A stretch of DNA of 58,125 bases from an uncultured virus (IMG/VR IMGVR_UViG_3300023214_000431) (IMGVR_UViG_3300023214_000431), one strand, 5' to 3'. Positions 1-9,760 are shown, counted from the first letter of the stretch. Numbers and translations are program-made. The notes: generated from the letters alone by a model not told the origin.

Positions 1-1
1 C

Positions 2-85
2 ACGGAGTTTCCTGGAAGAGTGATGACCTTCATCCTGTTCCCCGACAACGACACCGAGCCGCAATCCCAAGAGGACAAGACCTGA
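2..85 (+). CDS. 3' end of an upstream ORF (partial)
   Basis: Open frame TEFPGRVMTFILFPDNDTEPQSQEDKT* whose TGA overlaps the ATG at 85. Confidence 0.4.
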   Translation, partial: TEFPGRVMTFILFPDNDTEPQSQEDKT

Positions 86-987
86 TGCCAGCCCCCGTAA
101 AGAAGATTCGCCGCTTCATGGAATCGTGCCTGAGCCGCTTCGATGACGTGTCCCTGCACCTCTTCCAAATAAACGTCAACGGTCGTGTCCAACCTGTCTG
201 GAGGTCCAACAAGAAGTGGACTATCGACGACACGGTTCCCATCATTGCCGAAACTGCGCAAGAGACCGCCAACGGCAATGCAGGACTGACACGCTTCTCG
301 CTTCGAGCCTACGATGCTGAAAACGAAGAGCGCATCGCCTCGGACTTGGTGATGACCTTCGCTTTGCAAGCAGAAGATTCCGGCGACTACGACAACGCAC
401 TTTCCGAGCCTGCGACCAACGAAGGTCTACTCGCAATGCTCATGCGCCACAACAACGAACTTCACCGCCAGTCGTCAGGCACCTGGGGCATGATGTTTCA
501 GTACCTCACCGGCATCGTTCACAGCCAACAAGAGCAGATTGAAAAGCTCACGGGCGAACGGATGCAAAACGCTGCGACCATGGAAGAGCTGGTCAGCAAG
601 AAACACGAGCGCGACATGGAGGCCAAGGAAAGAGAAGCCGCCAACAAGCGCAAGGAAGAAACCATGGGCAAGCTCCTGTCGCTTTTGCCTGTCGCAGTCA
701 ATAAGCTCGCAGGCAAGGAACTCATCCACCAAAAAGAGACCTTGTTCGAGATGACCTCGACCGAGTTCATCCGTTCGATTCGTCCCGACCAGCTCGACGC
801 CCTTCTCGAAACCGGCGTCATCGACAAACACCAGCTCACCCTCATCGGCACCATGTTGGAGCAAGTCTCCAAACGCATGGTCACTCCGGACGAAAAAGAA
901 GAACAGTCGAGCAAGGCGCAGTCCGCCGCAACCAGCGGTCTCGGGCCCCTGGGTGCCCTCGGGAACTTCCTGTCCATCGGCAAATAA
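85..987 (+). CDS. Hypothetical protein, helical with central coiled coil
   Basis: 300 aa ORF with genome-typical codon use; charged heptad stretch KKHERDMEAKEREAANKRKEE. Confidence 0.8.
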   Translation: MPAPVKKIRRFMESCLSRFDDVSLHLFQINVNGRVQPVWRSNKKWTIDDTVPIIAETAQETANGNAGLTRFSLRAYDAENEERIASDLVMTFALQAEDSGDYDNALSEPATNEGLLAMLMRHNNELHRQSSGTWGMMFQYLTGIVHSQQEQIEKLTGERMQNAATMEELVSKKHERDMEAKEREAANKRKEETMGKLLSLLPVAVNKLAGKELIHQKETLFEMTSTEFIRSIRPDQLDALLETGVIDKHQLTLIGTMLEQVSKRMVTPDEKEEQSSKAQSAATSGLGPLGALGNFLSIGK

Positions 988-1452
988 GTGTTACGCTTGA
1001 CCCATGCGGCCTGATCGCGGTCCTCATCGCCGCGAACCAAGCTACCAAAGTCGCAAAAGCCTGGGGAGAGGATCTTTCCGTCCGGGGCACGCGTGTTCAG
1101 TACCTTTCCCGATCTAGCTGACATCTCAGCGGCTTGACGCGCCCGTCAAAAAAGTTTCAAATTTCCCAATTTGGACTTGCGGCGAAAGTCGATTCCTGGA
1201 TCGGAGTTGGCAAAAGTATTTTGCCAAGAGACTCTGCAATACCTTCGATCACAGAGTTTCTGTGCGTGCCTACCTGTCGCAGTTGTCGAAACTCGACAAG
1301 GGTTTTTCTTTTAGGCGTCACTGGCTAGCCTTTAAGAGCACTTGGTTTTGGAGTGTGGCAAGCGCTGAAGAGTCAGCGCGGCACCGCATCTTCGGACCCA
1401 TCAAAACCCGCCTCGCGATGGGTCGCGGGGGCAATATCAGGAGATCTGAAAC

Positions 1453-1968
1453 ATGGCACTCGCAGTTTCACAGAAGGACATCATCAACTTCAAGCAGCGC
1501 GCCGAGCGCATGACCAACAAGGCCCGGAACATCATCCAGGAGCAGAAGAAGACGATGGAGACGGTGGTCACGACCACCGAGGTTTCCGCCGCTTCCTTCC
1601 TGTTCGGTCTTGCTCAGGGCAAGTTCGGCGGCATTCAGATCGTCGGCGTGCCGGTCGATCTCCTGGCGGGCATCGGCTTGCACATCCTGGCCTTCTCGAA
1701 GGTCGGTGGCAAAGCGAACGAGTCGCACCTGCACGCCTTTGGCGATGGTGCTCTCGCGTCCTTCTTCAACCACCTCGGTCGCGATGTGGGCTACGCCGTG
1801 CAGACGGACGCTGACCGCAAGCGCATCGCCGAGTTCGCGACGAAGAAGAAGAAGACGTACATGACCACCCCCGGTGGCGCGTACAGCTTCGGTGTCAGTG
1901 GCGAGTCCGGGGGCGCAGCCCTCGCCGACGAGGAACTCGCCCGCATGGTCAGCGCCGGTCGGCGCTAG
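1453..1968 (+). CDS. Putative major virion membrane protein
   Basis: AGGAG RBS, strongly biased codons, Gly-rich hydrophobic helices (ASFLFGLAQG, GVPVDLLAGIGLHIL, FGDGALASFF), followed by a terminator; sits directly before the capsid-like gene. Function inferred. Confidence 0.6.
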   Translation: MALAVSQKDIINFKQRAERMTNKARNIIQEQKKTMETVVTTTEVSAASFLFGLAQGKFGGIQIVGVPVDLLAGIGLHILAFSKVGGKANESHLHAFGDGALASFFNHLGRDVGYAVQTDADRKRIAEFATKKKKTYMTTPGGAYSFGVSGESGGAALADEELARMVSAGRR

Positions 1969-1983
1969 GGCCAGCACATCACA

Positions 1984-2014
1984 GGCGGCGCCCCTTCGGG
2001 GGCGACCGCCTTTT
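1984..2014 (+). terminator. Intrinsic terminator with UUCG tetraloop
   Basis: GGCGG-CGCCCC-TTCG-GGGGCG-A-CCGCC-TTTT. Confidence 0.8.
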
Positions 2015-2086
2015 GGTGTGTCGGATGGGGTGTGGCGTTGAGGTGAACGAACCCGAACACAGAAACGAAAACAGGAGCAAACAACC

Positions 2087-2656
2087 ATGCGTGCAGACAT
2101 TGTTGGTGGATACGGTCACGAGCTGGCCGGGTACGATTTCGTTGGCGACGACGACTTCGACGACTACGAAATCGACGGCGACTACCTCGTCGGCGATGAC
2201 CTGCTCGGGGGCATCTACCCCGAGAAGAGCGTTCGCAAGAACGCCCTGGTCGCCGCTGCCGTGGCGAACCGTCGTGTCGCCGAAGGCGCCATCGTCAAGG
2301 ACTCCGCGCCCACCAAGGCTCGCGAGTACATCCTGGGCTTCGACTCCACCGCCGTTCCCGGCAGCACGAGCGCGAACATCACCAAGCGTCCCCAGGTGAT
2401 CTTCCGCCCGGAGCGCGTCGTGATCCCCTCGGCGGTCGGCGTGGACTTCCAGGTCGTGGACATCAAGATCGGCAAAAACAGCCAGTTCACCGCCTCGGGC
2501 GAGGTTCCGGCTGTGGTGTTCGCCGAGACCTCGTTCGGCGTCCGTCTGAAGATGGACACCGCGCAGGTGTCGATGGACGTGACGATCTCCGTCCGCAACA
2601 CGAACGCCGCGCAGCGGAACTTTACCGCCGCGATCATCGGTCCAGCCGTCGAATAG
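2087..2656 (+). CDS. Candidate major capsid protein (acidic Gly-motif N-arm, helix, ~110 aa all-beta jelly-roll-like domain)
   Basis: AGGAG RBS, very strong codon bias, flanked by hairpins; about 8 alternating beta-strand segments (YILGF, ANITKRP, FRPERVVI, FQVVDIKIG, VTISVRN, FTAAIIG). Fold is inferred. Confidence 0.6.
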   Translation: MRADIVGGYGHELAGYDFVGDDDFDDYEIDGDYLVGDDLLGGIYPEKSVRKNALVAAAVANRRVAEGAIVKDSAPTKAREYILGFDSTAVPGSTSANITKRPQVIFRPERVVIPSAVGVDFQVVDIKIGKNSQFTASGEVPAVVFAETSFGVRLKMDTAQVSMDVTISVRNTNAAQRNFTAAIIGPAVE

Positions 2657-2774
2657 TCGACGCGCCACCCAAGAGTTGGGGGTCTGTGTGGCACGGGGTG
2701 GAGCGAGCCTCAAAAGCTAGTTCCACCCCTGCCGCGCAGGCATTTTCTCTACCGCTTTTTCAAGGATTCAAAAG

Positions 2775-3101
2775 ATGGCCGAGGCCAGTTACGAAAGGCA
2801 ACATCTCGCACTTCATGCCGCCGCCTACATCAACGGCGCAGGCACGACGGCTGTGACATTCGGCTGTCAAATGACTCGCATCGCGACCGGCCACTACGGC
2901 CTGGTGCTGGGGAACGACGATGGGCTCGTCAATGACGAGAGCTACACCTTCGTCCAGGTCAAAGGCACTGAGGCCCGAAACGCCGTCGTCAATGATGACA
3001 GCAACATCCTGAAATCCATCCGAGTCTATTCGTCTGGCTCGCCCACTGTGCTCGCCGATGCGGGCATCGAGATCCAACTTTACAAGACGGTGACGAGGTA
3101 A
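2775..3101 (+). CDS. Small beta-rich structural protein, paralog 1 of 4
   Basis: SYERQHLA...AAYINGAG...FGCQMTRIATGHYGL motif shared with the next three ORFs. Confidence 0.8.
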   Translation: MAEASYERQHLALHAAAYINGAGTTAVTFGCQMTRIATGHYGLVLGNDDGLVNDESYTFVQVKGTEARNAVVNDDSNILKSIRVYSSGSPTVLADAGIEIQLYKTVTR

Positions 3102-3106
3102 CCACC

Positions 3107-3433
3107 ATGGCAACTTCAAGCTACAACCGTCAGCACCTGGCCGTCTTCGCCGCAGGCCACATCAGCGGCGATGGCAACACGTCACAGGCCTTCGGCTGTT
3201 CGTTGACCCGCATTGACACTGGTCACTACGGTCTCATTCTCGGTGCTGACGTTGGTCTCGTCAATGACGAGAGCTTCACCCGCGTGCAGGTCAAAGGCAC
3301 CTCCAACAACGTGGCCGCGGTGGTTGACACGAGCAACACACTCAAGACCATCCATGTGATCGATGATGGTGGCGCAACCCCAGCCGATGCCGACATCGAA
3401 GTCGCCGTCTTCCGCAGCATCGTGATGGGATAA
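3107..3433 (+). CDS. Small beta-rich structural protein, paralog 2 of 4
   Basis: SYNRQHLA...FGCSLTRIDTGHYGL...GLVNDESFT. Confidence 0.8.
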   Translation: MATSSYNRQHLAVFAAGHISGDGNTSQAFGCSLTRIDTGHYGLILGADVGLVNDESFTRVQVKGTSNNVAAVVDTSNTLKTIHVIDDGGATPADADIEVAVFRSIVMG

Positions 3434-3444
3434 GGAGCCCGAAC

Positions 3445-3774
3445 ATGACCATCAAAAGTTACGACCGGCAACATCTTGCTCTATGGGCTGCGGGCTACAT
3501 GAACGCCGCTGGCACGACCAGCGTGGTCTTTGGTTGCTCGCTTACCCGCATCGCAACAGGACACTACGGCCTCATTCTTGACAGTGATGCCGAACTCGAA
3601 GACGACCAAACCTTCATCCATGTGCAGCCCAAGGGCACATCAATGGGGCGCACGGCCACCGTCAACGACAACAGTGATTCGGTCAAGCGCATCAACATCT
3701 GGTCGATGACTCCGAGCGCGGTCGACAACGCCTTCGAGGTCGCGCTTTATCGGCCTGTAAACTCTGGCCAGTAG
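3445..3774 (+). CDS. Small beta-rich structural protein, paralog 3 of 4
   Basis: SYDRQHLA...FGCSLTRIATGHYGL; AAGGAG RBS. Confidence 0.8.
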   Translation: MTIKSYDRQHLALWAAGYMNAAGTTSVVFGCSLTRIATGHYGLILDSDAELEDDQTFIHVQPKGTSMGRTATVNDNSDSVKRINIWSMTPSAVDNAFEVALYRPVNSGQ

Positions 3775-3870
3775 TCTTCCACCAAAACATGGCCCTCCCC
3801 CCGGCAGGGGTAAGCGCCGGGTTCAATGACCCCAGGGGTAAAGCCCCACCAAAGAACAAGGAGCGGAAAC

Positions 3871-4203
3871 GTGACATACGCAAGCTACGAACGGACACAC
3901 CTCGCGGTTTATGCCGCAGGGTTCATCAACGCCGCTGGCACCACCACGGTTGGTTTCGGCTGCGAGCTGACCCGCGTCTCGACCGGCGTCTTCGCCGCTG
4001 TATTCGGTACCGACGATGGTCTGGTCAACGACCAGAGCTACACCTTCGTCACCACCAAGGGCACCTCGGCAACCCCGCCGCTGTCGGTGAACGTCGAGGA
4101 CACCAGCAACCTGGTCAAGACCATCTTCGTTCAGGGCACCACGCAACTTCACCAGGCCGACCTGGAAGTTGCGATCTTCCGCACCGTCGAGCCCGGGAGC
4201 TGA
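3871..4203 (+). CDS. Small beta-rich structural protein, paralog 4 of 4
   Basis: GTG start after AAGGAG; SYERTHLA...FGCELTRVSTG...GLVNDQSYT. Confidence 0.8.
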   Translation: MTYASYERTHLAVYAAGFINAAGTTTVGFGCELTRVSTGVFAAVFGTDDGLVNDQSYTFVTTKGTSATPPLSVNVEDTSNLVKTIFVQGTTQLHQADLEVAIFRTVEPGS

Positions 4204-4355
4204 TCGAACGGGAACCTGGGGTGGCTCCTGACATGAGTGTCTAGGAGCCGCCCGCCGCTCCTGCGCGGTGAGGTTGCTCGTCAAAATGCTGATAAGCGCC
4301 TGCATGTGTGCAGGGGCGGCAATGGTATTCTTTCTAAATGAAAGACACGCATTCC

Positions 4356-5612
4356 ATGCCGCCAACAATCTCACTCGCCATGATCGCCCGAGACCGGGGA
4401 CGGGAGCTTGCCCGTTGCCTGGAATGCGTGCGTCCGCACGTCGACGAGATCGTGGTCGTGGATGCAGGCGGATCTGAAGACGACACGGTGGATGTCGCAC
4501 GCCGCTTTGGCGCAAAGGTCATTGAGTTCAATCCGACCACCCACCCCGAGGCGTTCTATCTCGATACCGAAGAGCGCTTCGCCAAGCACAACGTTCCGGG
4601 GCCCTTCACCGGGCGCCACGCACTGGCTGACTTCTCGGCGCCGCGCAATCTTTCGTTCGAGCACTGCACGAGCGATTGGATTCTCTGGTTGGATTCGGAC
4701 GACATCGTTCGCAACCCGGAGAAGATTCGTTGGATTGTCGACATGCTCGAAGACAAGAAGCTGCCCATGGGCTTCTTGGCCTACGAGTACGATCACGACG
4801 AGCAAGGCCGCTGTATCTTGCGCCAGGTGCGCGAGCGCTTCATCAAGCGCGAGGCTTTCGTCACTGGTACCGTCAAATGGGTCCAGCCCATCCACGAGCA
4901 CCTGCAAGGTCTCAAAAAGGGGCTGCTCTTTGAAGAGGTTGTGGTGGTTCACCAAAGCCCGGTCGAGACCAAGAATTTGACCCAGGTCGCAGGTCTGAAC
5001 ATTCAAACGCACCACCGCGACCGCGTTCGGTTCCGCAACATCAAGAACCTCCTTGTCGAAAAGGAACGCACCGAAGCCACAGGTGAAGACCTGCACTGGC
5101 GCCTGCACTACTACCTCGGTACCGAGATGCGTACCATCAACCCAGATGTCGCCATCGAGCATTTGTCGAGCTACATCAAGCTCACCACATGGGATGAAGA
5201 GCGCGCTCAGGCCCGCTACTACATCGGTCAGATTCGAGAGATGCAGATGCGCCACGAAGAGGCATGGGACCACTTCGCCGCAGCGGCGCTCGATTTCCCC
5301 ACCAACCCAGCGCCCTGGTTCGCCTTGGCCCGCGTGTGTCTCATCCGTGGCGAGTGGAAGAAGATCATCGAGCTGACCGAAAAGGGCTTCGAGCAGGTCA
5401 CTTCCAAGATCGCAACGAAGCCGTCGCTCGTACTCAACCCTCTCGAATGGCAGTATCGAGCGCACCTGGCTTATTCGCGAGCCCTCATCGAAGAGGGTCG
5501 TCTCGATGAAGCAGAAGAGTCGTGCAACAAGGGCCTTGTTCATCAACCGGATTGCCAGTTCTTGAACGAGCACATGCGCATGATTGAAGCGCGCAGGAAG
5601 GACGCCGCCTGA
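4356..5612 (+). CDS. GT2 glycosyltransferase with C-terminal TPRs
   Basis: ISLAMIARD, EIVVVD, DFSAPRN, WILWLDSDD (DxD), IHEHL, then TPR-like helices; start could also be 4338. Confidence 0.9.
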   Translation: MPPTISLAMIARDRGRELARCLECVRPHVDEIVVVDAGGSEDDTVDVARRFGAKVIEFNPTTHPEAFYLDTEERFAKHNVPGPFTGRHALADFSAPRNLSFEHCTSDWILWLDSDDIVRNPEKIRWIVDMLEDKKLPMGFLAYEYDHDEQGRCILRQVRERFIKREAFVTGTVKWVQPIHEHLQGLKKGLLFEEVVVVHQSPVETKNLTQVAGLNIQTHHRDRVRFRNIKNLLVEKERTEATGEDLHWRLHYYLGTEMRTINPDVAIEHLSSYIKLTTWDEERAQARYYIGQIREMQMRHEEAWDHFAAAALDFPTNPAPWFALARVCLIRGEWKKIIELTEKGFEQVTSKIATKPSLVLNPLEWQYRAHLAYSRALIEEGRLDEAEESCNKGLVHQPDCQFLNEHMRMIEARRKDAA

Positions 5613-5809
5613 TGGCACGAGCAGCGACCGGCCTCAACGCTTCGACCGACGCGCCCAAGGACGCCTACCGTGTCCCCAATGAAGATCCACAGTTCGATAC
5701 GAACAACAAGGAAGTCGAGCTGGGGCAAAAGGGCACACCAGTCAATTCAACAGGTACAATCGGGGTCGCGACTGGCGGCACCGGCAAACCAGTATCCAAC
5801 AGAGGATGA
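5612..5809 (+). CDS. Small hypothetical protein
   Basis: 65 aa, translationally coupled to the GT (TGATG). Confidence 0.6.
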   Translation: MARAATGLNASTDAPKDAYRVPNEDPQFDTNNKEVELGQKGTPVNSTGTIGVATGGTGKPVSNRG

Positions 5810-5816
5810 AAGAGAC

Positions 5817-6374
5817 ATGACCACCGAACTCATCATGGAAGACGAACTCGGCTTCCACAACGCAGCCTCTCTTCGTCAGCTCGCCGCCCGCAGGGCGGCC
5901 AACCGAGGTGTCGCCAGTGCTCAGGCGATGGCGCGCCCTGGCTCACGCATGGCCGCCATGATGGCTTTGCGAGGCAAGGGTGGCACCCGTGGCGCCATGA
6001 TGCCAATGAAGTCCGCGCTGCGCTTCATGCGCAAGCAGAGGGGGCGCCCCATTCCCCGCAGCCGCGCTGGCGTGCCGGGCGCCATGAACCGTCTCGATCA
6101 GCGTCGAGCCTATGGCAAACGCAAGAAGCTCGCTCGCGTGGCCAAAACTGTGATCAAAAAGACTCGCGGTCGCAGTCCAGAGATGCGTGCTCGTCGGGCC
6201 GTCTTTCTGCTCGTCCACCTGTTCACCGGCAAGGGTGCCAAATCGCTGAACACGCAGGCGCGTCAGTCCATCAGGGCAATCGCGGACACCGCTAGCAAAC
6301 GCGCCGCCAAGAACAACTTCCCGGCTCTCACCATGAAGGAGATCGAGAGCCTGTACAAAGTCTCCACGAGGTGA
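5817..6374 (+). CDS. Arg/Met-rich basic protein, putative DNA-associated core protein
   Basis: MTTELIMEDELG acidic leader then very basic sequence; C-terminal module shared with the next ORF. Confidence 0.7.
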   Translation: MTTELIMEDELGFHNAASLRQLAARRAANRGVASAQAMARPGSRMAAMMALRGKGGTRGAMMPMKSALRFMRKQRGRPIPRSRAGVPGAMNRLDQRRAYGKRKKLARVAKTVIKKTRGRSPEMRARRAVFLLVHLFTGKGAKSLNTQARQSIRAIADTASKRAAKNNFPALTMKEIESLYKVSTR

Positions 6375-6378
6375 GTTG

Positions 6379-6954
6379 ATGGGACTTCTTCTTCTGCTCG
6401 GAATCGGAGTCGGCATTGGCGCTTTCGCTTTCAAAAAAGGCGAAAAAGCCGCTGTCGAAAAGGAGCTCGAACACGCTGCAAAAAAGCCGCTGAAGATTCA
6501 CGGCACCGAACCGTTCGACCACCTGCTGGGTCTCTTCGCAGGTGGCGAGCGCACTGAGCTGAAAACGAAGCACCCTGAACTCGTCAACAAAGCCAAGGCC
6601 ATCATCTCGGCAGTCAGCGCTCGTGCAGAGCGTGGCGTGTTCCCTGCTATCACAAGCGAGCAACTCTCCGCGCTTTACAACATCGCTCGAACACCTGGTC
6701 CTTCACTCGACAAAAATCTTGGCTCAGCACGGGGCGATGTCACTGAGCCATTGGAGTTCCTTGGCGCACTCATCCTTGGTCCCGGCTACGAAGGAGTCTT
6801 CTTCAAAAAAGCGACTGACGCTGAAAAACAGGCCATCAAGGTCATGGGCGCGACCATCAACAACCGTTGGATGAACAAGGTCGCGCCTCCCGTCACCAAG
6901 GACATGCTGAAAACTTTCTACAGCATCAACATGAAGATTCGCTCTCGCATCTGA
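6379..6954 (+). CDS. Membrane-anchored protein with two helical repeats
   Basis: N-terminal LLLLLGIGVGIGAFAF; two copies of an L..L..G...P.[IV]T...L...Y module. Confidence 0.75.
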   Translation: MGLLLLLGIGVGIGAFAFKKGEKAAVEKELEHAAKKPLKIHGTEPFDHLLGLFAGGERTELKTKHPELVNKAKAIISAVSARAERGVFPAITSEQLSALYNIARTPGPSLDKNLGSARGDVTEPLEFLGALILGPGYEGVFFKKATDAEKQAIKVMGATINNRWMNKVAPPVTKDMLKTFYSINMKIRSRI

Positions 6955-6979
6955 TTTCACACACGAAGGAAACACCATC

Positions 6980-9760
6980 ATGGGCGCAGTAATGCTTCTC
7001 GGCCTCGGCGTCGTTCTCGCCATGGCCTTGGGTCGTGGCGGGGGAGCCGAAGCGGAAAAACTTCCGATCCCCAAGAAGAAGGAAGAGGACATTCCTGACT
7101 TGGACATCGATCCATATGGCTACGCCGCCCAGACTGCGCAGCCCGGGGATCTGCCCGGTGAAGGTGAAGAGCCTGGCGGCGATACGGGCGTCCCTGGTGT
7201 TGCGCCTGGCGAGGCGACCCCTGGCGTGCCGGGTGTACCTGGTCAGCAAGCTGGTGTCCCGGCTGCGCCGGGCAACGCCGCTCAGTCACTGTACGAAGCC
7301 GGTCAGGCCGCCCAAGCTGAGGCCGAAGCAGCTCAGCAAGGTGGCAATGCTGTCGCTGCTGAGGAAGCTGCGGCTCAAGAAATCGAGGCCGCTCGTCAGG
7401 AAGGCCAGGCTGCCGCTGCTGCTGCACGAGCTGAGGCTGAGCAGGCCGCTGCCCAGGCTGCCGCTGCCCAGGCGCAGGCCGAACAAGCTCGCCAGGCCGC
7501 CGCTGCTGAAGCTGAAGCTCGTGTGGCTGCCGAACAGGCAGCACAAGCCGAGCTGGCTGAAGCCAACGCCGCCAAAGCTGAAGCCGAACGCCTCGCTCAA
7601 GAGGCTCAGGCCGAGCAAGACGCTGCCATTGCAAAGGCCAAGGCCGATGCAGCCAAAGCCGCTCAGGGCGCCGCAGAGGCCGCCACACAGCGTGCAAACG
7701 CGGCCATCGCCGCCGCCAAAGAAAAAGCCGCCAAGGAGCAAGCTGCGGCTACGGCAGCGGCCAAAGAAGAGCATGACAAGGCAATCGCCGAGGCCAAGGC
7801 CAGGACCAAGGCTGCCGAGGAAAAGGCCGCTGCTGCCGAAGCTGGCCACAAGGCCGCCGAAGCGGCCAAGAAGGCCGAAGCTGCGCGCCAGGAGAAGCTG
7901 CGCCAAAAGCAGATCCAGGACGCCGCCAATGCTGAAAAGCAGCGCAAGGCCGCAGAGGCCGAGGCCAAGGCTCGTGCTGAGGCTGAGCAGAAGCGCGCCG
8001 AGGCTGCCACCAAGGCTGAAGAAGCTGAGCGCGAGCGCCGCGAGGCCATCGCCAAACGAGATCGAGTCAAAGCACAAGAGGCCGCTCGCAAGAAGGCTGA
8101 AGCTGCGCGTGCAGCCGAACAAGCCGACCGCAAGGAAACGGCTGCCAATCAAATCAGCTCAGACCGCGACCTCGAACAAAAGCGCGTGATCGTCAAAAAC
8201 ATCTTCGACGAAGCCGTCAACCGTCGCCAGACAGCGACTTCTTCGATGCCCGTGCTCTCTCGCGCGCCGAAATCAAAAGACGAAAAGCCGAAGGCTTCAA
8301 TCACCGCGATACCGTCCGACCTCAACGCAAAAAAAGCTCTGGTCAAGCGCTACCGCGATGCCGTGATCTCATTTGCGAAGGTGGGTTTCAAGAAGGAGCG
8401 CAACCAAGCGCTGCCGACAGCGGCAATGAAGGCCATCGACAACGAGTTCCTTCGCGTGATGCTGGCCGACCGCACAGGTGCTGGCCGTATCTCGGAGAAC
8501 AACTTCTTCGCGTTGCCGATGACCGGGGTCAAGCGACGTTTGGTTGCCGCTGCCATTGCAGGTGAGCAAAAGGCCGACGTGCTCATCCTCAAGGGGCGCC
8601 CCACCGCTCTTGCCCAATACAACAACAAGTGGAAAGGCAAGAACGCCACCGAAGCGTCCATCGTCCTCAAGCTCCTGGCTCAAAGCGGAGTTAGCGGCTA
8701 CGACTTCGTGGGTGCTGTCGGCCAGCGTAATGAGACCCGCAAGGAGTCCATCAACGTGGTGGCTCGCCATTTCCGCCGCATGGGCGTCGACCTAATGAAG
8801 CCCGACAAGCGCAAGCCCTTCTGGCGTCAACCGGTCACCACCATCCAGGCCAAGGCCCTGCGTGCCGCCAACACCATTCCAATCCCAAAGGGAGCGAAGA
8901 AGCCCGCGCTCATCAAGCAGCGCCCGCTTCCTTCGGTAAAGCCCGTTGCGATCAACCCGAAGACCTCTCGCGTGCAGCCAGTCTCGCCCGCGCCAAATGT
9001 TCCCGACTTGCGCTCACTCAAGGCACGCATCGTTGCACTCAAAGCAACGTTGCCCTCCGAGGCCGCACGCAAGCTCAGCAGCATCGTTCCCAACTCCACT
9101 CGCTTCGTCAACGCTAAAGCGATTGGTCCCGTCACGGCCAAAGCTGCCAGCTTCATCTCTGCCCTGGCTGGCCGAAAGCCAATCTCGGTGGCGATGCTCA
9201 AGACCGCTGGCGGTCGTGCCTACCTCGACGCCGCTCTCAAGATCGCGACGGCAAAGTATGGGAGAAAGCAGCTCCCCATCAAAGCCGCGCCCGCGCCTCA
9301 TGCTCCTGCGCCTCGTGCGCCTGCGGGCCGCACACCTACGTCTGCGCCTGCGCCTCGTACGCCCGCACCAAAGTCCGCAGCCCCAAGGCCAAGTAGCCCA
9401 AGCGCCGCGAGCATCGAAGCCAACCGCAAGGCCATCTCGACGGTCTTTCAAGGACTGCTCGCCCGCAGGCGCAAGCTGTTCCCGCGTGAAGCCAAACAGA
9501 AGGCCATCAACAAGGTGGCCGCGTATCTCAAGAGCAAGGGTGTGCCGCTGTCAAAGCCCAATCCCGCAGCTCTTCACCCCATGCACAAAGCACCACCGGC
9601 TACGACCGCAGCCAAGCTCAAGGCCATTGCAGCCGCGTACAAACCAACCAAGATGGCGGGCGAAATGGGAGTCGGGCCCTACTTCGATTTCTACGGCCAG
9701 GATGAAGGCAGCTTCAGTTATGGTGGCGGCCTCATGACACTCGGGGGCTGGGCGAGCTAA
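6980..9760 (+). CDS. 926 aa membrane-anchored protein with long Ala/Glu/Gln/Lys coiled coil and basic C-terminal half
   Basis: N-terminal TM (AVMLLGLGVVLAMALG), about 300 aa low-complexity helix, internal GVSGYDFVG motif. Confidence 0.8.
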   Translation: MGAVMLLGLGVVLAMALGRGGGAEAEKLPIPKKKEEDIPDLDIDPYGYAAQTAQPGDLPGEGEEPGGDTGVPGVAPGEATPGVPGVPGQQAGVPAAPGNAAQSLYEAGQAAQAEAEAAQQGGNAVAAEEAAAQEIEAARQEGQAAAAAARAEAEQAAAQAAAAQAQAEQARQAAAAEAEARVAAEQAAQAELAEANAAKAEAERLAQEAQAEQDAAIAKAKADAAKAAQGAAEAATQRANAAIAAAKEKAAKEQAAATAAAKEEHDKAIAEAKARTKAAEEKAAAAEAGHKAAEAAKKAEAARQEKLRQKQIQDAANAEKQRKAAEAEAKARAEAEQKRAEAATKAEEAERERREAIAKRDRVKAQEAARKKAEAARAAEQADRKETAANQISSDRDLEQKRVIVKNIFDEAVNRRQTATSSMPVLSRAPKSKDEKPKASITAIPSDLNAKKALVKRYRDAVISFAKVGFKKERNQALPTAAMKAIDNEFLRVMLADRTGAGRISENNFFALPMTGVKRRLVAAAIAGEQKADVLILKGRPTALAQYNNKWKGKNATEASIVLKLLAQSGVSGYDFVGAVGQRNETRKESINVVARHFRRMGVDLMKPDKRKPFWRQPVTTIQAKALRAANTIPIPKGAKKPALIKQRPLPSVKPVAINPKTSRVQPVSPAPNVPDLRSLKARIVALKATLPSEAARKLSSIVPNSTRFVNAKAIGPVTAKAASFISALAGRKPISVAMLKTAGGRAYLDAALKIATAKYGRKQLPIKAAPAPHAPAPRAPAGRTPTSAPAPRTPAPKSAAPRPSSPSAASIEANRKAISTVFQGLLARRRKLFPREAKQKAINKVAAYLKSKGVPLSKPNPAALHPMHKAPPATTAAKLKAIAAAYKPTKMAGEMGVGPYFDFYGQDEGSFSYGGGLMTLGGWAS

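Noticed and set aside
988..1452. Small ORF or ncRNA in the long intergenic region (includes TTGACG-CGCC-CGTCAA at 1134)
   Set aside because: No convincing start/RBS or recognisable RNA family; probably a promoter region but elements cannot be assigned
4371..5618. Long antisense ORFs here and at 7286, 14993, 19084, 26028, 36125 and others
   Set aside because: Shadows of GC-rich coding strands with no motifs or RBS
4356..5809. Glycocin (sublancin-type) RiPP cluster
   Set aside because: No Cys-rich precursor, peptidase-ABC exporter or immunity gene; context is virion structural
6980..9760. TolA or tail tape-measure call
   Set aside because: Similarity is only compositional (Ala/Glu/Lys); no tol-pal or tail gene context
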